DNA of 64,000 nt, from assembly GCA_951406725.2 (NCBI GenBank), contig OX597814.1, positions 156,736,001 to 156,800,000 of the forward strand, given 5' to 3'. Both the position numbers and the translations under genes were made by a program. Origin of the DNA: Octopus vulgaris. Lineage: Eukaryota. Under the pieces are notes generated by a model. The model saw nothing but the letters and a program-made list of their open reading frames with translations. It was not told where the DNA came from and searched no databases. Of this stretch, positions 41,701 through 54,859 are shown one piece after another; position 1 is the first letter of the stretch, and each line of letters opens with the position of its first letter.

Positions 41701-44700
41701 TACATGTACATGAGAATCGTACCAAATATCAATGGAAACAGTTGTAGTTGTGATACCTGTGCCGGTGACACACCGCCTCGAATGGCTTCTGTGCCGGTGG
41801 CACACACCAACCGATCGTGGGATCCCGGAACATCTCACTCTGCTGGAGGAGACCTGGTGAGTCAAGTGCATGTACCGGAACATCTCGCTGTGCTTGAGGA
41901 GACCTGTTGAGTCAAGTGCATGTACATGAGAATCGAACCAAATATCAATGGAAACAGTAGTAGTTGTGATACCTGTGCCGGTGACACATAAGAAGCACCA
42001 TCCGAACGTGGCCGTTGCCAGTGCAGCCTCCACTGGCTTCTGTGCCAGTGACACATAAAAAGCACCAACCGATCGTGGGATCCCGGAACATCTCGCTGTG
42101 CTTGAGGAGACCTGTTGAATCAAGTGCATGTCCATGTACATGAGAATCGAACCAAATATCAATGGAAACAGTTGTAGTTGTGATACCTGTGTCGGTGACA
42201 CGCCGCCTCGAATGGCTTCTGTGCTGGTGGCACACACCAACCGATCGTGGGATCCCGGAACATCTCGCTGTACTTGAGGAGACCTAGTGAGTCAAGAGCA
42301 TGTACCAGAACATCTCGCTGTGCTTGAGGAGACCTGTTGAGTCAAGTGCATGTACATGAGAATCGAACCAAATATCAATGGAAACAGTAGTAGTTGTGAT
42401 ACCTGTGCCGGTGACACATAAAAAGCACCATCCGAACGTGGCCGTTGCCAGTGCAGCCTCCCCTGGCTCCTGTGCCGGTGGCACATAAAAAGCACCATCC
42501 GACCGTGACCGATGCCAACCCCGCCTCGAATGGCTTCTGTGCCGGTGGCACATGAACATCGAACCAAATATCAATGGAAACAGTAGTTGTGATACCTGTG
42601 CCGGTGACACATAAAAAGCACCATCCGAACGTGGCCGTTGCCAGTGCAGCCTCCACTGGCTTCTGTGCCAGTGACACATAAAAAGCACCAACCGATCGTG
42701 GGATCCCGGAACATCTCGCTGTGCTTGAGGAGACCTGTTGAGTCAAGTGCATGTCCATGTACATGAGAATCGAACCAAATATCAATGGAAACAGTTGTAG
42801 TTGTGATACCTGTGTCGGTGACACACCGCCTCGAATGTCTTCTGTGCCGGTGGCACACACCAACCGATCGTGGGATCCCGGAACATCTCACTGTGCTTGA
42901 GGAAACCTGGTGAGTCAAGTGCATGTACCGGAACATCTCGCTGTGCTTGAGGAGACCTGTTGAGTCAAGTGCATGTACATGAGATTCGAACCAAATATCA
43001 ATGGAAACAGTAGTAGTTGTGATACCTGTGCCGGTGACACATAAAAAGCACCATCCGAACGTGGCCGTTGCCAGTGCAGCCTCCACTGGCTTCTGTGCCG
43101 GTGGCACATAAAAAGCTCCATCCGAACGTGACCGATGCCAACCCTGCCAGCACCATCCGAACGTGGCCGTTGCCAGTGCAACCTCCACTGGCTTCTGTGC
43201 CGGTGGCACATAAAGTGCACCAACCGATCGTGGGATCCCGGAACATCTCGCTGTGCTTGAGGAGACCTGTTGAGTCATGTACATGTACATGAGAAGCGAA
43301 CCAAATATCAATGGAAACAGTTGTAGTTGTGATACCTGTGCCGGTGACACAACGCCTCGAATGGCTTCTGTGCCGGTGGCACACACCAACCGATCGTGGG
43401 ATCCCGGAACATCTCGCTGTGCTTGAGGAGACCTGGTGAGTCAAGTGCATGTATCGGAACATCTCGCTGTGCTTGAGGAGACCTGTTGAGTCAAGTGCAT
43501 GTACATGTACATGAGAATCGAACCAAATATCAATGGAAACAGTAGTAGTTGTGATACCTGTGCCGGTGACACATAAAAAGCACCATCCGAACGTGGCCGT
43601 TGCCAGTGCAGCCTCCCCTGGCTCCTGTGCCGGTGGCACATAAAAAGCACCATCCGACCGTGACCGATGCCAACCCCGCCTCGAATGGCTTCTGTGCCGG
43701 TGGCACATGAACATCGAACCAAATATCAATGGAAACAGTAGTTGTGATACCTGTGCCGGTGACACATAAAAAGCACCATCCGAACGTGGCCGTTGCCAGT
43801 GCAGCTTCCACTGGCTTCTGTGCCAGTGACACATAAAAAGCACCAACCGATCGTGGGATCCCGGAACATCTCGCTGTGCTTGAGGAGACCTGTTGAGTCA
43901 AGTGCATGTCCATGTACATGAGAATCGAACCAAATATCAATGGAAACAGTTGTAGTTGTGATACCTGTGTCGGTGACACACCGCCTCGAATGTCTTCTGT
44001 GCCGGTGGCACACACCAACCGATCGTGGGATCCCGGAACATCTCACTGTGCTTGAGGAAACCTGGTGAGTCAAGTGCATGTACCGGAACATCTCGCTGTG
44101 CTTGAGGAGACCTGTTGAGTCAAGTGCATGTACATGAGATTCGAACCAAATATCAATGGAAACAGTAGTAGTTGTGATACCTGTGCCGGTGACACATAAA
44201 AAGCACCATCCGAACGTGGCCGTTGCCAGTGCAGCCTCCACTGGCTTCTGTGCCGGTGGCACATAAAAAGCTCCATCCGAACGTGACCGATGCCAACCCT
44301 GCCAGCACCATCCGAACGTGGCCGTTGCCAGTGCAACCTCCACTGGCTTCTGTGCCGGTGGCACATAAAGAGCACCAACCGATCGTGGGATCCCGGAACA
44401 TCTCGCTGTGCTTGAGGAGACCTGTTGAGTCATGTACATGTACATGAGAAGCGAACCAAATATCAATGGAAACAGTTGTAGTTGTGATACCTGTGCCGGT
44501 GACACAACGCCTCGAATGGCTTCTGTGCCGGTGGCACACACCAACCGATCATGGGATCCCGGAACATCTCGCTGTGCTTGAGGAGACCTGGTGAGTCAAG
44601 TGCATGTATCGGAACATCTCGCTGTGCTTGAGGAGACCTGTTGAGTCAAGTGCATGTACATGTACATGAGAATCGAACCAAATATCAATGGAAACAGTAG

Positions 44701-47697
44701 TAGTTGTGATACCTGTGCCGGTGACACATAAAAAGCACCATCCGAACGTGGCCGTTGCCAGTGCAGCCTCCCCTGGCTCCTGTGCCGGTGGCACATAAAA
44801 AGCACCATCCGACCGTGACCGATGCCAACCCCGCCTCGAATGGCTTCTGTGCCGGTGGCACATGAACATCGAACCAAATATCAATGGAAACAGTAGTTGT
44901 GATACCTGTGCCGGTGACACATAAAAAGCACCATCCGAACGTGGCCGTTGCCAGTGCAGCCTCCACTGGCTTCTGTGCCAGTGACACATAAAAAGCACCA
45001 ACCGATCGTGGGATCCCGGAACATCTCGCTGTGCTTGAGGAGACCTGTTGAGTCAAGTGCATGTCCATGTACATGAGAATCGAACCAAATATCAATGGAA
45101 ACAGTTGTAGTTGTGATACCTGTGTCGGTGACACACCGCCTCTAATGTCTTCTGTGCCGGTGGCACACACCAACCGATCGTGGCATCCCGGAACATCTCA
45201 CTGTGCTTGAGGAAACCTGGTGAGTCAAGTGCATGTACATGAGATTCGAACCAAATATCAATGGAAACAGTAGTAGTTGTGATACCTGTGCCGGTGACAC
45301 ATAAAAAGCACCATCCGAACGTGGCCGTTGCCAGTGCAGCCTCCACTGGCTTCTGTGCCGGTGGCACATAAAAAGCTCCATCCGAACGTGACCGATGCCA
45401 ACCCTGCCAGCACCATCCGAACGTGGCCGTTGCCAGTGCAGCCTCCACTGGCTTCTGTGCCGGTGGCACATAAAGAGCACCAACCGATCGTGGGATCCCG
45501 GAACATCTCGCTGTGCTTGAGGAGACCTGTTGAGTCATGTACATGTACATGAGAAGCGAACCAAATATCAATGGAAACAGTTGTAGTTGTGATACCTGTG
45601 CCGGTGACACAACGCCTCGAATGGCTTCTGTGCCGGTTGCACACACCAACCGATCGTGGGATCCCGGAACATCTCGCTGTGCTTGAGGAGACCTGGTGAG
45701 TCAAGTGCATGTACCGGAACATCTCGCTGTGCTTGAGGAGACCTGTTGAGTCAAGTGCATGTACATGTACATGAGAATCGTACCAAATATCAATGGAAAC
45801 AGTTGTAGTTGTGATACCTGTGCCGGTGACACACCGCCTCGAATGGCTTCTGTGCCGGTGGCACACACCAACCGATCGTGGGATCCCGGAACATCTCACT
45901 CTGCTGGAGGAGACCTGGTGAGTCAAGTGCATGTACCGGAACATCTCGCTGTGCTTGAGGAGACCTGTTGAGTCAAGTGCATGTACATGAGAATCGAACC
46001 AAATATCAATGGAAACAGTAGTAGTTGTGATACCTGTGCCGGTGACACATAAGAAGCACCATCCGAACGTGGCCGTTGCCAGTGCAGCCTCCACTGGCTT
46101 CTGTGCCAGTGACACATAAAAAGCACCAACCGATCGTGGGATCCCGGAACATCTCGCTGTGCTTGAGGAGACCTGTTGAGTCAAGTGCATGTCCACGTAC
46201 ATGAGAATCGAACCAAATATCAATGGAAACAGTTGTAGTTGTGATACCTGTGTCGGTGACACACCGCCTCGAATGGCTTCTGTGCTGGTGGCACACACCA
46301 ACCGATCGTGGGATCCCGGAACATCTCGCTGTGCTTGAGGAGACCTGGTGAGTCAAGAGCATGTACCGGAACACCTCGCTGTGCTTGAGGAGACCTGTTG
46401 AGTCAAGTGCATGTACATGAGAATCGAACCAAATATCAATGGAAACAGTAGTAGTTGTGATACCTGTGCCGGTGACACATAAAAAGCACCATCCGAACGT
46501 GGCCGTTGCCAGTGCAGCCTCCCCTGGCTCCTGTGCCGGTGGCACATAAAAAGCACCATCCGACCGTGACCGATGCCAACCCCGCCTCGAATGGCTTCTG
46601 TGCCGGTGGCACATGAACATCGAACCAAATATCAATGGAAACAGTAGTTGTGATACCTGTGCCGGTGACACATAAAAAGCACCATCCAAACGTGGCCGTT
46701 GCCAGTGCAGCCTCCACTGGCTTCTGTGCCAGTGACACATAAAAAGCACCAACCGATCGTGGGATCCCGGAACATCTCGCTGTGCTTGAGGAGACCTGTT
46801 GAGTCAAGTGCATGTCCATGTACATGAGAATCGAACCAAATATCAATGGAAACAGTTGTAGTTGTGATACCTGTGTCGGTGACACACCGCCTCGAATGGC
46901 TTCTGTGCCGGTGGCACACACCAACCGATCGTGGGATCCCGGAACATCTCGCTGTGCTTGAGGAGACCTGGTGAGTCAAGTGCATGTACCAGAACATCTC
47001 GCTGTGCTTGAGGAGACCTGTTGAGTCAAGTGCACGTACATGAGAATCGAACCAAATATCAATGGAAACAGTAGTAGTTGTGATACCTGTGCCGGTGACA
47101 CATAAAAAGCACCATCCGAACGTGGCCGTTGCCAGTGCAGCCTCCACTGGCTTCTGTGCCGGTGGCACATAAAAAGCTCCATCCGAACGTGACCGATGCC
47201 AACCCCGCCAGCACCATCCGAACGTGGCCGTTGCCAGTGCAGCCTCCACTGGCTTCTGTGCCGGTGGCACATAAAGAGCACCAACCGATCGTGGGATCCC
47301 GGAACATCTCGCTGTGCTTGAGGAGACCTGTTGAGTCAAGTGCATGTACATGTACATGAGAATCGAACCAAATATCAATGGAAACAGTTGTAGTTGTGAT
47401 ACCTGTGCCGGTGACACACCGCCTCGAATGGCTTCTGTGCCGGTGGCACACACCAACCGATCGTGGGATCCCGGAACATCTCGCTGTGCTTGAGGAGACC
47501 TGTTGAGTCAAGTGCATGCATGTACATGTACATGAGAATCGTACCAAATATCAATGGAAACAGTTGTAGTTGTGATACCTGTGCCGGTGACACACCGCCT
47601 CGAATGGCTTCTGTGCCGGTGGCACACACCAACCGATCGTGGGATCCCGGAACATCTCGCTGTGCTGGAGGAGACCTGGTGAGTCAAGTGCATGTAC
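38683..47697. repeat. ~9-kb higher-order satellite built from RTE 3' UTR modules; HOR steps 1801, 1801, 1155, 1155, 1751 bp
   Basis: Equivalent ORF ends at 39261, 41062, 42863, 44018, 45173, 46924; the modules match the single-copy UTR at 24850-24970. Confidence 0.95.
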
Positions 47698-47774
47698 CCC
47701 TGGCTCCCCAGACCCCGGTCGAACCGTCCAACCCGTGCTAGCGCGGAAAACGGACGTTAAACGATGATGATGAT

Positions 47775-47961
47775 ATATATATATATATATATATATATAC
47801 GACGAGCTTCTTTCAGTTTCCATCTACCAAATCTACTCACAAGGCTTTGGTCGGTCCAAGGCTATAGTAGAAGACACTTGCCCAAGGTGCCACACAGTGG
47901 GGCTGAACCTGGAACCATGTGGTTGGTAAGCAAGCTACTTACCACACACCAACTCCTACGC
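47775..47961 (-). mobile_element. SINE family A, 5' half with tRNA-like head
   Basis: (TA)n-cgacgagcttctttcagtttcc...ctcctacgcc, colinear with 61050-61219. Confidence 0.9.
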
Positions 47962-47978
47962 CTTTGAGAATAAGTTAT

Positions 47979-48023
<45 letters not shown>

Positions 48024-50619
48024 AGGGTGAAGGGAGAAAGAAGCAGGAAGGAGAGATGGAAAGAGCATAGAAAATGAATATATAAGAATTAGTTAGCAAA
48101 TGGAACATAGGAAGATAAATGTTGAAAGATCTCAGATGAAAAAAATAAATAGATAGCAGCATTGGTCGATTTTTATAGAAATTCAGTGCCCTAGGTAACT
48201 TAGCATGTTTTGAATCTTAAAATATTCAATATTTCTTAGACAAAAATCTTCAGTAAATCATCTATGAGAAAAAAAAAATCCTGATTCCATAATATATCCA
48301 TCAAACCAATTCCTCTGGTATTAGCTATAGTTAGAATCCTAGCCTCCAGCATCAGTCTTTCAACACCTGTTCTTTCTCCTCCACCGTCCACCCAATAAGG
48401 TTTGCTGCCTCTTTCAATGGCTTTGAAAGTGTCTTTAGCTCTAGACATATTGACGTATATGCAAATAGAATTTCATGGAGTATATCTGATGTCCGTTATT
48501 GTTGTTATTTAATCACAAGTCAGCCCTAAACAAGTAGACTTATGTTCAAAGGTATTCCAACCATAACCATCTTCACTGAATTATATGGTACAATATGTCT
48601 TACCCTGTTTTGAGATGGCAGAGAACTATTTGAGAAAATTTCGCTGCTATTTCTAGCAGATCAAAGAACTATGTAGAAACTCTCTCCTAATTTCTCTCCT
48701 ATTTGTTGATGTTAGTAATGCAAATAGTTAGAGTATGATCAACATTTCTTTTTAGCAACTATTGCCTCTAGCAGCAAGACACCCATATATAGCATAAGCT
48801 ATACAGAAAATAAAATACATATAAAGATAATTACAATGATTAACCACCAATGAGTAATTACATCAACTATGGAAAGGCAATGATATTTGAACAACAGAAC
48901 AGTTACTACCATTATTATCAATGATTTTAGTGGTAGCAATGCTCTTATCCACCAGGCCACTTATATAGGTATGGGTGTCAATGCCTGAGTGCAAGAGTTC
49001 TCAAATTCATAGATGCCCTACCAGCCCTCAAAAAATAATATCAGTAAAGTGTTTTCTGTTTTTTTTCTTTTCTTTTCCCCTCGCATCATCTTTACTAATG
49101 TCACACCCTTTAATAAAATAATCCTCACAAGGTACTATGGAAAAATGTTCCCTATTACAATGAAAAGTGCTGCCAGAACTAATATTGGTTTCAAATTCTG
49201 GCACAAGGCCAGCAATTTCAGGATAGGGGCTAAGTTGATTTGATCAACCCCAGTGCTCAACTGGTATTTATTTTATCAACCCTGAAAGGATGAAAGGCAA
49301 AGCTGACCCCGGCAGCAATTGGACTAAGAACATGAAGATGGATAAAATGCTGTTAGGCATTTTGCCCAGCATGCTAAAATTCTGCCAGATTGCTGCCGTC
49401 CTGCTACAACTAATATTATTACTTCAGAAATAAAAATTCCTAGTTTCAATCCTGTCTGGGACTGTGTACACCTTCAACAATAAGATCTTTGATGATAATC
49501 ATCATCATCATCATCATCATTTAACGTCCGCTTTCCATGCTAGCATGGGCTGGGCGATTTGACTGAGGACTGGCGAACCAGATGGCTGCACCAGGCTCCA
49601 ATCTAATCTGGCAGAGTTTCTACAGCTGGATGCCCTTCCTAACGCCAACCACTCAGAGAGTGTAGTGGGTGCTTTTATGTGCCACCGGCACAAGAGCTAG
49701 TCTGGTGGTACTGGTAACAGCCACGCTCAATGTGATCAAACTGATTAAACAATATCTTGCATAATAAATAATTAAATAATATCTTGCTCCAGAATAATTA
49801 AATAATAACTTGCTCCAGCATGGCCACAGTCAAATGACTGAAACAAGCAAAAGAGTAAAAGAGTGTAATTCCAAACCTGAATATATTTTCTTATTAAGAT
49901 GAAAAGGTGGCACACCAAGTAAAATGCTTAGCAGCATTTCATTTACCTTTATGTTTTGAGTTCAAATTCCACTGAGGTCGATTATTTCCTTTCGTCCTTC
50001 TGGGATCGATAAAATAAGTACCTGTTGAGCACTGGGATCAATGTAATTGACTAGCTCCCTCCCTCAAACTTGCTGGCTTTGTGCCAAAATTTGAAATCAA
50101 TATATACTCTTTTTCTTACATAACATGGACATATATAAGTTGGTGAATCAACTAACATTGTTTGGTTATAATTCTACCAATTAGGTTTCCATCTTTAATA
50201 CAAACTAGATTTACAACATATTCTCGTTTTACAAATGAAGAATGTGTTGAGAAATATTTCGTTGCCATATTGGTGGGTCAAAGAACTATATAGAAGATTA
50301 CTTCCTGAGTTTGATAATAATGTTTTACAATATTGTATGAAAGAGATTATTATTATCCAGTAATTTATCTAAATTATAGAATAGATTTCTGTCTGCTGTT
50401 TACCAGAGGGCAGAGTACTTTGTTCCTATATGCTTAGGAATACAACAAACATAAAACACAAAAAATTCCCCCAAAAACTATCATAGTTAACTAGTTGTAG
50501 TTGTTGTTGTTGTTGTTATCCTCAGGTCAGCTCTGATTCAGCGGATCTATGATCAAAGGTATAAGGTATTCAAATCATAAATATTTTATCTTTATCTGAG
50601 TATGTAATACTACATTAGA

Positions 50620-51335
50620 AAATGCATGTGGCTTAGTGGTTAGAGTAGTTAGCTCACAACCATAAGGTCACAAGTTCGATTCCCAGCAGTGTGTTGTATC
50701 TTTGAGCAAGACACTTTACTTCACATTGCTCCAGTCCACTTAGCTGATAAAAGTGAGTTGTCCTAGTAATTCAAAGGGTCGGCTATGTTGCATTCTGTGA
50801 GGCAATGAATCTTCCTGAGAACTACATTAAGGCAGCAAGCTTGCAGAAATGTTAGCACGCCGGGTGAAATGTTTAGCGGTATTTCATCTGCTGTTACGTT
50901 CTGAGTTCAAATCCCACCGAGGTCGACTTTGCCTTTCATCCTTTCGGGTCGATAAATTAAGTACCAGTTACACCCTGGTTGGGTTCGATGTAATCAACTT
51001 AATCTGTTTGTCTGTCCTTGTTTGTTTCCTCTGTGTTTAGCCCCTTGTGGGTAGTAAAGAAATAGGTATTTCGTCTGTCTTTACGTTCTGAGTTCAAATT
51101 TCGCCATAGTCGACTTTGTCTTTCATCCTTCCGGGGTCGATAAATTAAGTACCAGTTACGCACTGGGGTTGATGTAATTGACTTAATTTGTTTGTCTGTC
51201 CTTGTTTGTCTCCTTGGTGTTTAGCCCCTTGTAGGTAGTAAAGAAATCTGTATGTGTTTGTGAAGTGCTCAGCTACTTGCACACTAACTTCATGAGCAGG
51301 CTGTTCTGTTGATCAAATCAACTGGAACACTTGCA
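50620..51335 (+). mobile_element. tRNA-derived SINE interrupted by a head-to-tail dimer of SINE family B (50830-51248)
   Basis: Outer element matches the 3' body of 15841-16204 on both sides of the insert; the inner unit repeats from ggtatttc at 50878 and 51065. Confidence 0.82.
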
Positions 51336-52642
51336 TTATCTCATGTATCCTTCTCCTCACCATTTTTTTGCAGATAATGAGATTCAAGATTTAGTAGCTA
51401 TTTTTAGCAAATGAAGTGAACATGTAGAGACTATCTTGTCGGTGAGTGGACAACAAAAAGGTTTGACTTCAGTGATTCCTTGAATCAACATTTGCTCTTT
51501 ACATTCCAAGTTTAAATCCTACTGAGATCAGTACAAGAGTCAATCAAGTACAAGAGTCAATCAAGTACAAGAGTCAATCAAGTACAAGAGTCAATGATAT
51601 TGACAAACAGCCTCTCATCAAAACTGCTGGCCTTGTGCTAAATCGGAAATCGTTATTTATAATAGTTGAAATCTAGAATAATCTGATTCTATTACACTAA
51701 GTACTAGCAGCTTAAACCACTTCATGAAGTAAGTATTAACCTAGTCTTTCCCTCCATTACTTCTTTGAAGAGTATAGTGATAATTAACAGGTGCAGGCAT
51801 GGCTGAATAGTTAAGAAGCTTGCTTTGCAACCATGTGGTTTTGGGTTCAGTTCCAATGTGAAGCACTTTGAGTGTCTTCTAATATAGCCCCAAACTTTAT
51901 GAGTGAATCTAGTAGGTGGAAACTGTGTGGAAATCTGTCGTAAATGTGTGTGTGTGTATCTGTGAAGGTGTGTATTCATGTGTGTCTATGCTTCTCCCCA
52001 CTCATTACTTGACAACTGTTTACATTCCTGTAACTTAATGATATGGCAAAAGGAATCTACAGAACAAGTAGCAGACTTCAAAAACAAAAATGTATTGGGG
52101 TTGATCTGTTCAACTAAAACCCTTCAAGGCAGTTCCCCAGCTTGGTTGCAGAAGTAAAAGATAAAGATAAAACCAAATAGTAATTTTTGCAACATTAGTC
52201 CATTGTTAACTATTAAACAGAAACCTGAAAACAGCCTTTCCTTCAGAAATAAATGCAGAATGAATTCAAAAGACCTATGCATATTTTTAAAACCCTTTTG
52301 ATAGCAACTCGCCTGAGGTTTACATTACAAAAACATCTGTTTTAAAGTGATATATATACATACACACACATATATACACACATATATGTATGTATGTTTG
52401 TGTATATGTATACAAGTGAACAAATGAAAGAAAATTGTACTCAACACATTTGGTAGGAGTTACAAGTGATATATGTATATATATATGATGATGATGATAT
52501 ATATGTATAGAGAGAGAGAGAGAGAGAGAGAGCAATAAGAAAATGGAGGGGATCAATAGGTGGTTCATCAACTTTTAGACATAATATGTCAACTTATTTA
52601 TTTATTTACTAAACTGACAATTACAAGAATATATACACATCT

Positions 52643-53262
52643 CCGTGTCGGTGGCACGTAAAAGCACCATCCGTTTGTGTCCGTTGCCAGCCTCGCCTGG
52701 CCCCTGTGCAGGTGACATGTAAAAGCACCATCCGTTCGTGGCCGTTTGCCAGCTCTGTCTGGACCCCGTGTCGGTGGCACGTAAAAGCACCATCCGTTCG
52801 TGTTCGTTGCCAGCCTCACCTGGCCCCCGTGCCGGTGACACGTAAAAGCACCATCCGTTCGTGGCCGTTTGCCAGCCTCGCCTGGCCCCCGTGCCAGTGA
52901 CACGTAAAAGCACCATCCATTTCGTGGCCGTTTGCCAGCTCTGTCTGGCCCCCGTGTTGGTGGCACGTAAAAGCACCATCCGTTCGTGTCCGTTGCCAGC
53001 CTCGCCTGGCCCCTGTGCCGGTGACACGTAAAAGCACCATCCGTTCGTGGCCGTTTGCCAGCTCTGTCTGGCACCTGTGCAGGTGGCACGTAAAAAGCAC
53101 CCACTACACTCACGGAGTGGTTGGTGTTAGGAAGGGCATTCAGCCATAGAAACACTGCCAGATCTGACTGGGCCTGATGAAGCCTTCCAGCTTCACAGAC
53201 CCCAGTTGAACCGTCCAACCCATGCTAGCATGGAAAACGGACACTCGATGATGATGATGATG
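52643..53262 (+). mobile_element. RTE 3' end with 8 tandem ~61-62-bp UTR units
   Basis: Eight gtaaaagcacc-containing units, then the standard terminal segment and GAT tail. Confidence 0.9.
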
Positions 53263-54017
53263 TATAATATATTATGCTTTACTTATAAGATAACAATATC
53301 AATATATAAAGATATCAGTAATTATTACAATATAACATACATGAATATAAATTGGGAAGGCACACACACTTTTCAGCCTTCTAAGAAGTTGTGTTCCAAT
53401 CAGTAATTAAATAATAAAGGAATAGCAGGCAAAACACCTAGCAGTATTTAGTTTGAGCACTTTATGTTCTGAGTTCAAATCTTGCAGCGGATAACCTTGC
53501 CTTCTATCATTCAGGAGTTCATGAAATACAATAGCACTGAAGTAGGAAGTGCAACTGGCCATAAAAATCTACCTAGAAAAACTCTGTCTGACCCATGCAT
53601 GTGGACAAATGTGGACATTACAACGACCATAATATAACATATTTTGAGATAATTTTTCATTTCTGAAAATACATGCAATTAAATTCATAAAATGTATGCA
53701 CTATTCATGTTACAACTATTATGTTACAGTTTTTATGTTCTAACGTTTTTCACACAGCTGCCTGTGTACTTTCATATATATATATATATATATGTACGTA
53801 TGTATATATAGTCTTTTATTCTTTTACTTGTTTCAGTCACTTGACTGCGGCTGTGCTGGAGCACTGCTTTTAGTCGAGCAAATCAACCCCAGGACTTATT
53901 CTATTGGTCTCTTGTGCCAAACTGCTAAGTTACAAGGTCATAAACACACCAGCATCAGTTGTCAAGTGATATTCAGGGGACAAACACAGATCCACACATA
54001 CACACACACACACACAC

Positions 54018-54054
<37 letters not shown>

Positions 54055-54338
54055 CCACTATTATGCAATTCAAACAATGATAGACATAAACCAAATCATA
54101 AATAAAAAATAAAATATATTTTAAAACTTATAACTAGATCACAAAAAATACAAAAATGAATAAACAATATACAATAAGTAATATTACTTATTACTTATTA
54201 TATATTACTTATTACTTATTATATATTGTTTATTCATTTTTGTACTTTTCGTGATCTAGTTATATGTTTTAAAATATATTTTATTTTTTATTTATGATTT
54301 GGTTTATGTCTATCATTGTTTGAATTGCATAATAGTGG
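54055..54338. repeat. Near-perfect AT-rich foldback palindrome (arms ~125 bp)
   Basis: ccactattatgcaattcaaacaatgatagac... mirrored by ...gtctatcattgtttgaattgcataatagtgg. Confidence 0.92.
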
Positions 54339-54361
54339 CTTTTCTCTAATTTATAAATATC

Positions 54362-54768
54362 TCTCTCTTTTCTCTTTTACTCTTTTACTTGTTTCAGTCA
54401 TTTGACTGCGGCCATGCTGGAGCACCGCCTTTAGTCGAGCAAATCGACCCCGGGACTTATTCTTTGTGAGCCCAGTACTTATTCTATCGGTCTCTTTTGC
54501 CGAACCGCTAAGTGACAGCGACGTAAACACACCAGCATCGGTTGTCAAGCAATGCTAGAGGGACAAACACAGACACACAAACATATACATACACATATAT
54601 ACATATATACGACAGGCTCCTTTCAGTTTCCGTCTACCAAATCCACTCACAAGGCATTGGTCGGCCCGAGGCTATAGCAGAAGACACTTGCCCAAGATGC
54701 CACGCAGTGGGACTGAACCCAGAACCATGTGGTTGGTAGGCAAGCTACTTACCACACAGCCACTCCTA
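54362..54768 (-). mobile_element. Young full-length SINE family A (partial copies at 53810-54020 and 55408-55558)
   Basis: CpG-intact; near-identical reverse complement of 57540-57921. Confidence 0.92.
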
Positions 54769-54859
54769 TATATTTATATTGTGAAATTTTATTTAATACT
54801 AAATTGAATTTTTCCCTGTAAGTTTGGAGTTATACTCCCTAATATTATCATATATATAT

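Larger units (their letters stand above)
37544..47774 (+). mobile_element. Single RTE LINE insertion: 5' inversion, RT/PHD ORF remnant, satellite-expanded 3' UTR, (GAT)n tail
   Basis: Bounded by (TA)n on both sides inside one split SINE; terminal cgtccaacccgtgctagcgcggaaaacggacgttaaacgatgatgatgat at ~47725-47774. Confidence 0.9.

Noticed and set aside
38683-47697. CRISPR-like repeat/spacer appearance
   Set aside because: The intervening sequences are themselves repeated, there are no cas genes, and the context is a eukaryotic LINE.
38725-47823. Many 100-347 aa minus-strand ORFs suggesting a repetitive protein gene
   Set aside because: They are antisense translations of the RTE-UTR satellite, open in several frames at once, with no splice or codon logic.
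48236-48448. 70-aa minus-strand ORF with ordinary composition
   Set aside because: No recognisable domain or convincing splice sites; a length expected by chance.
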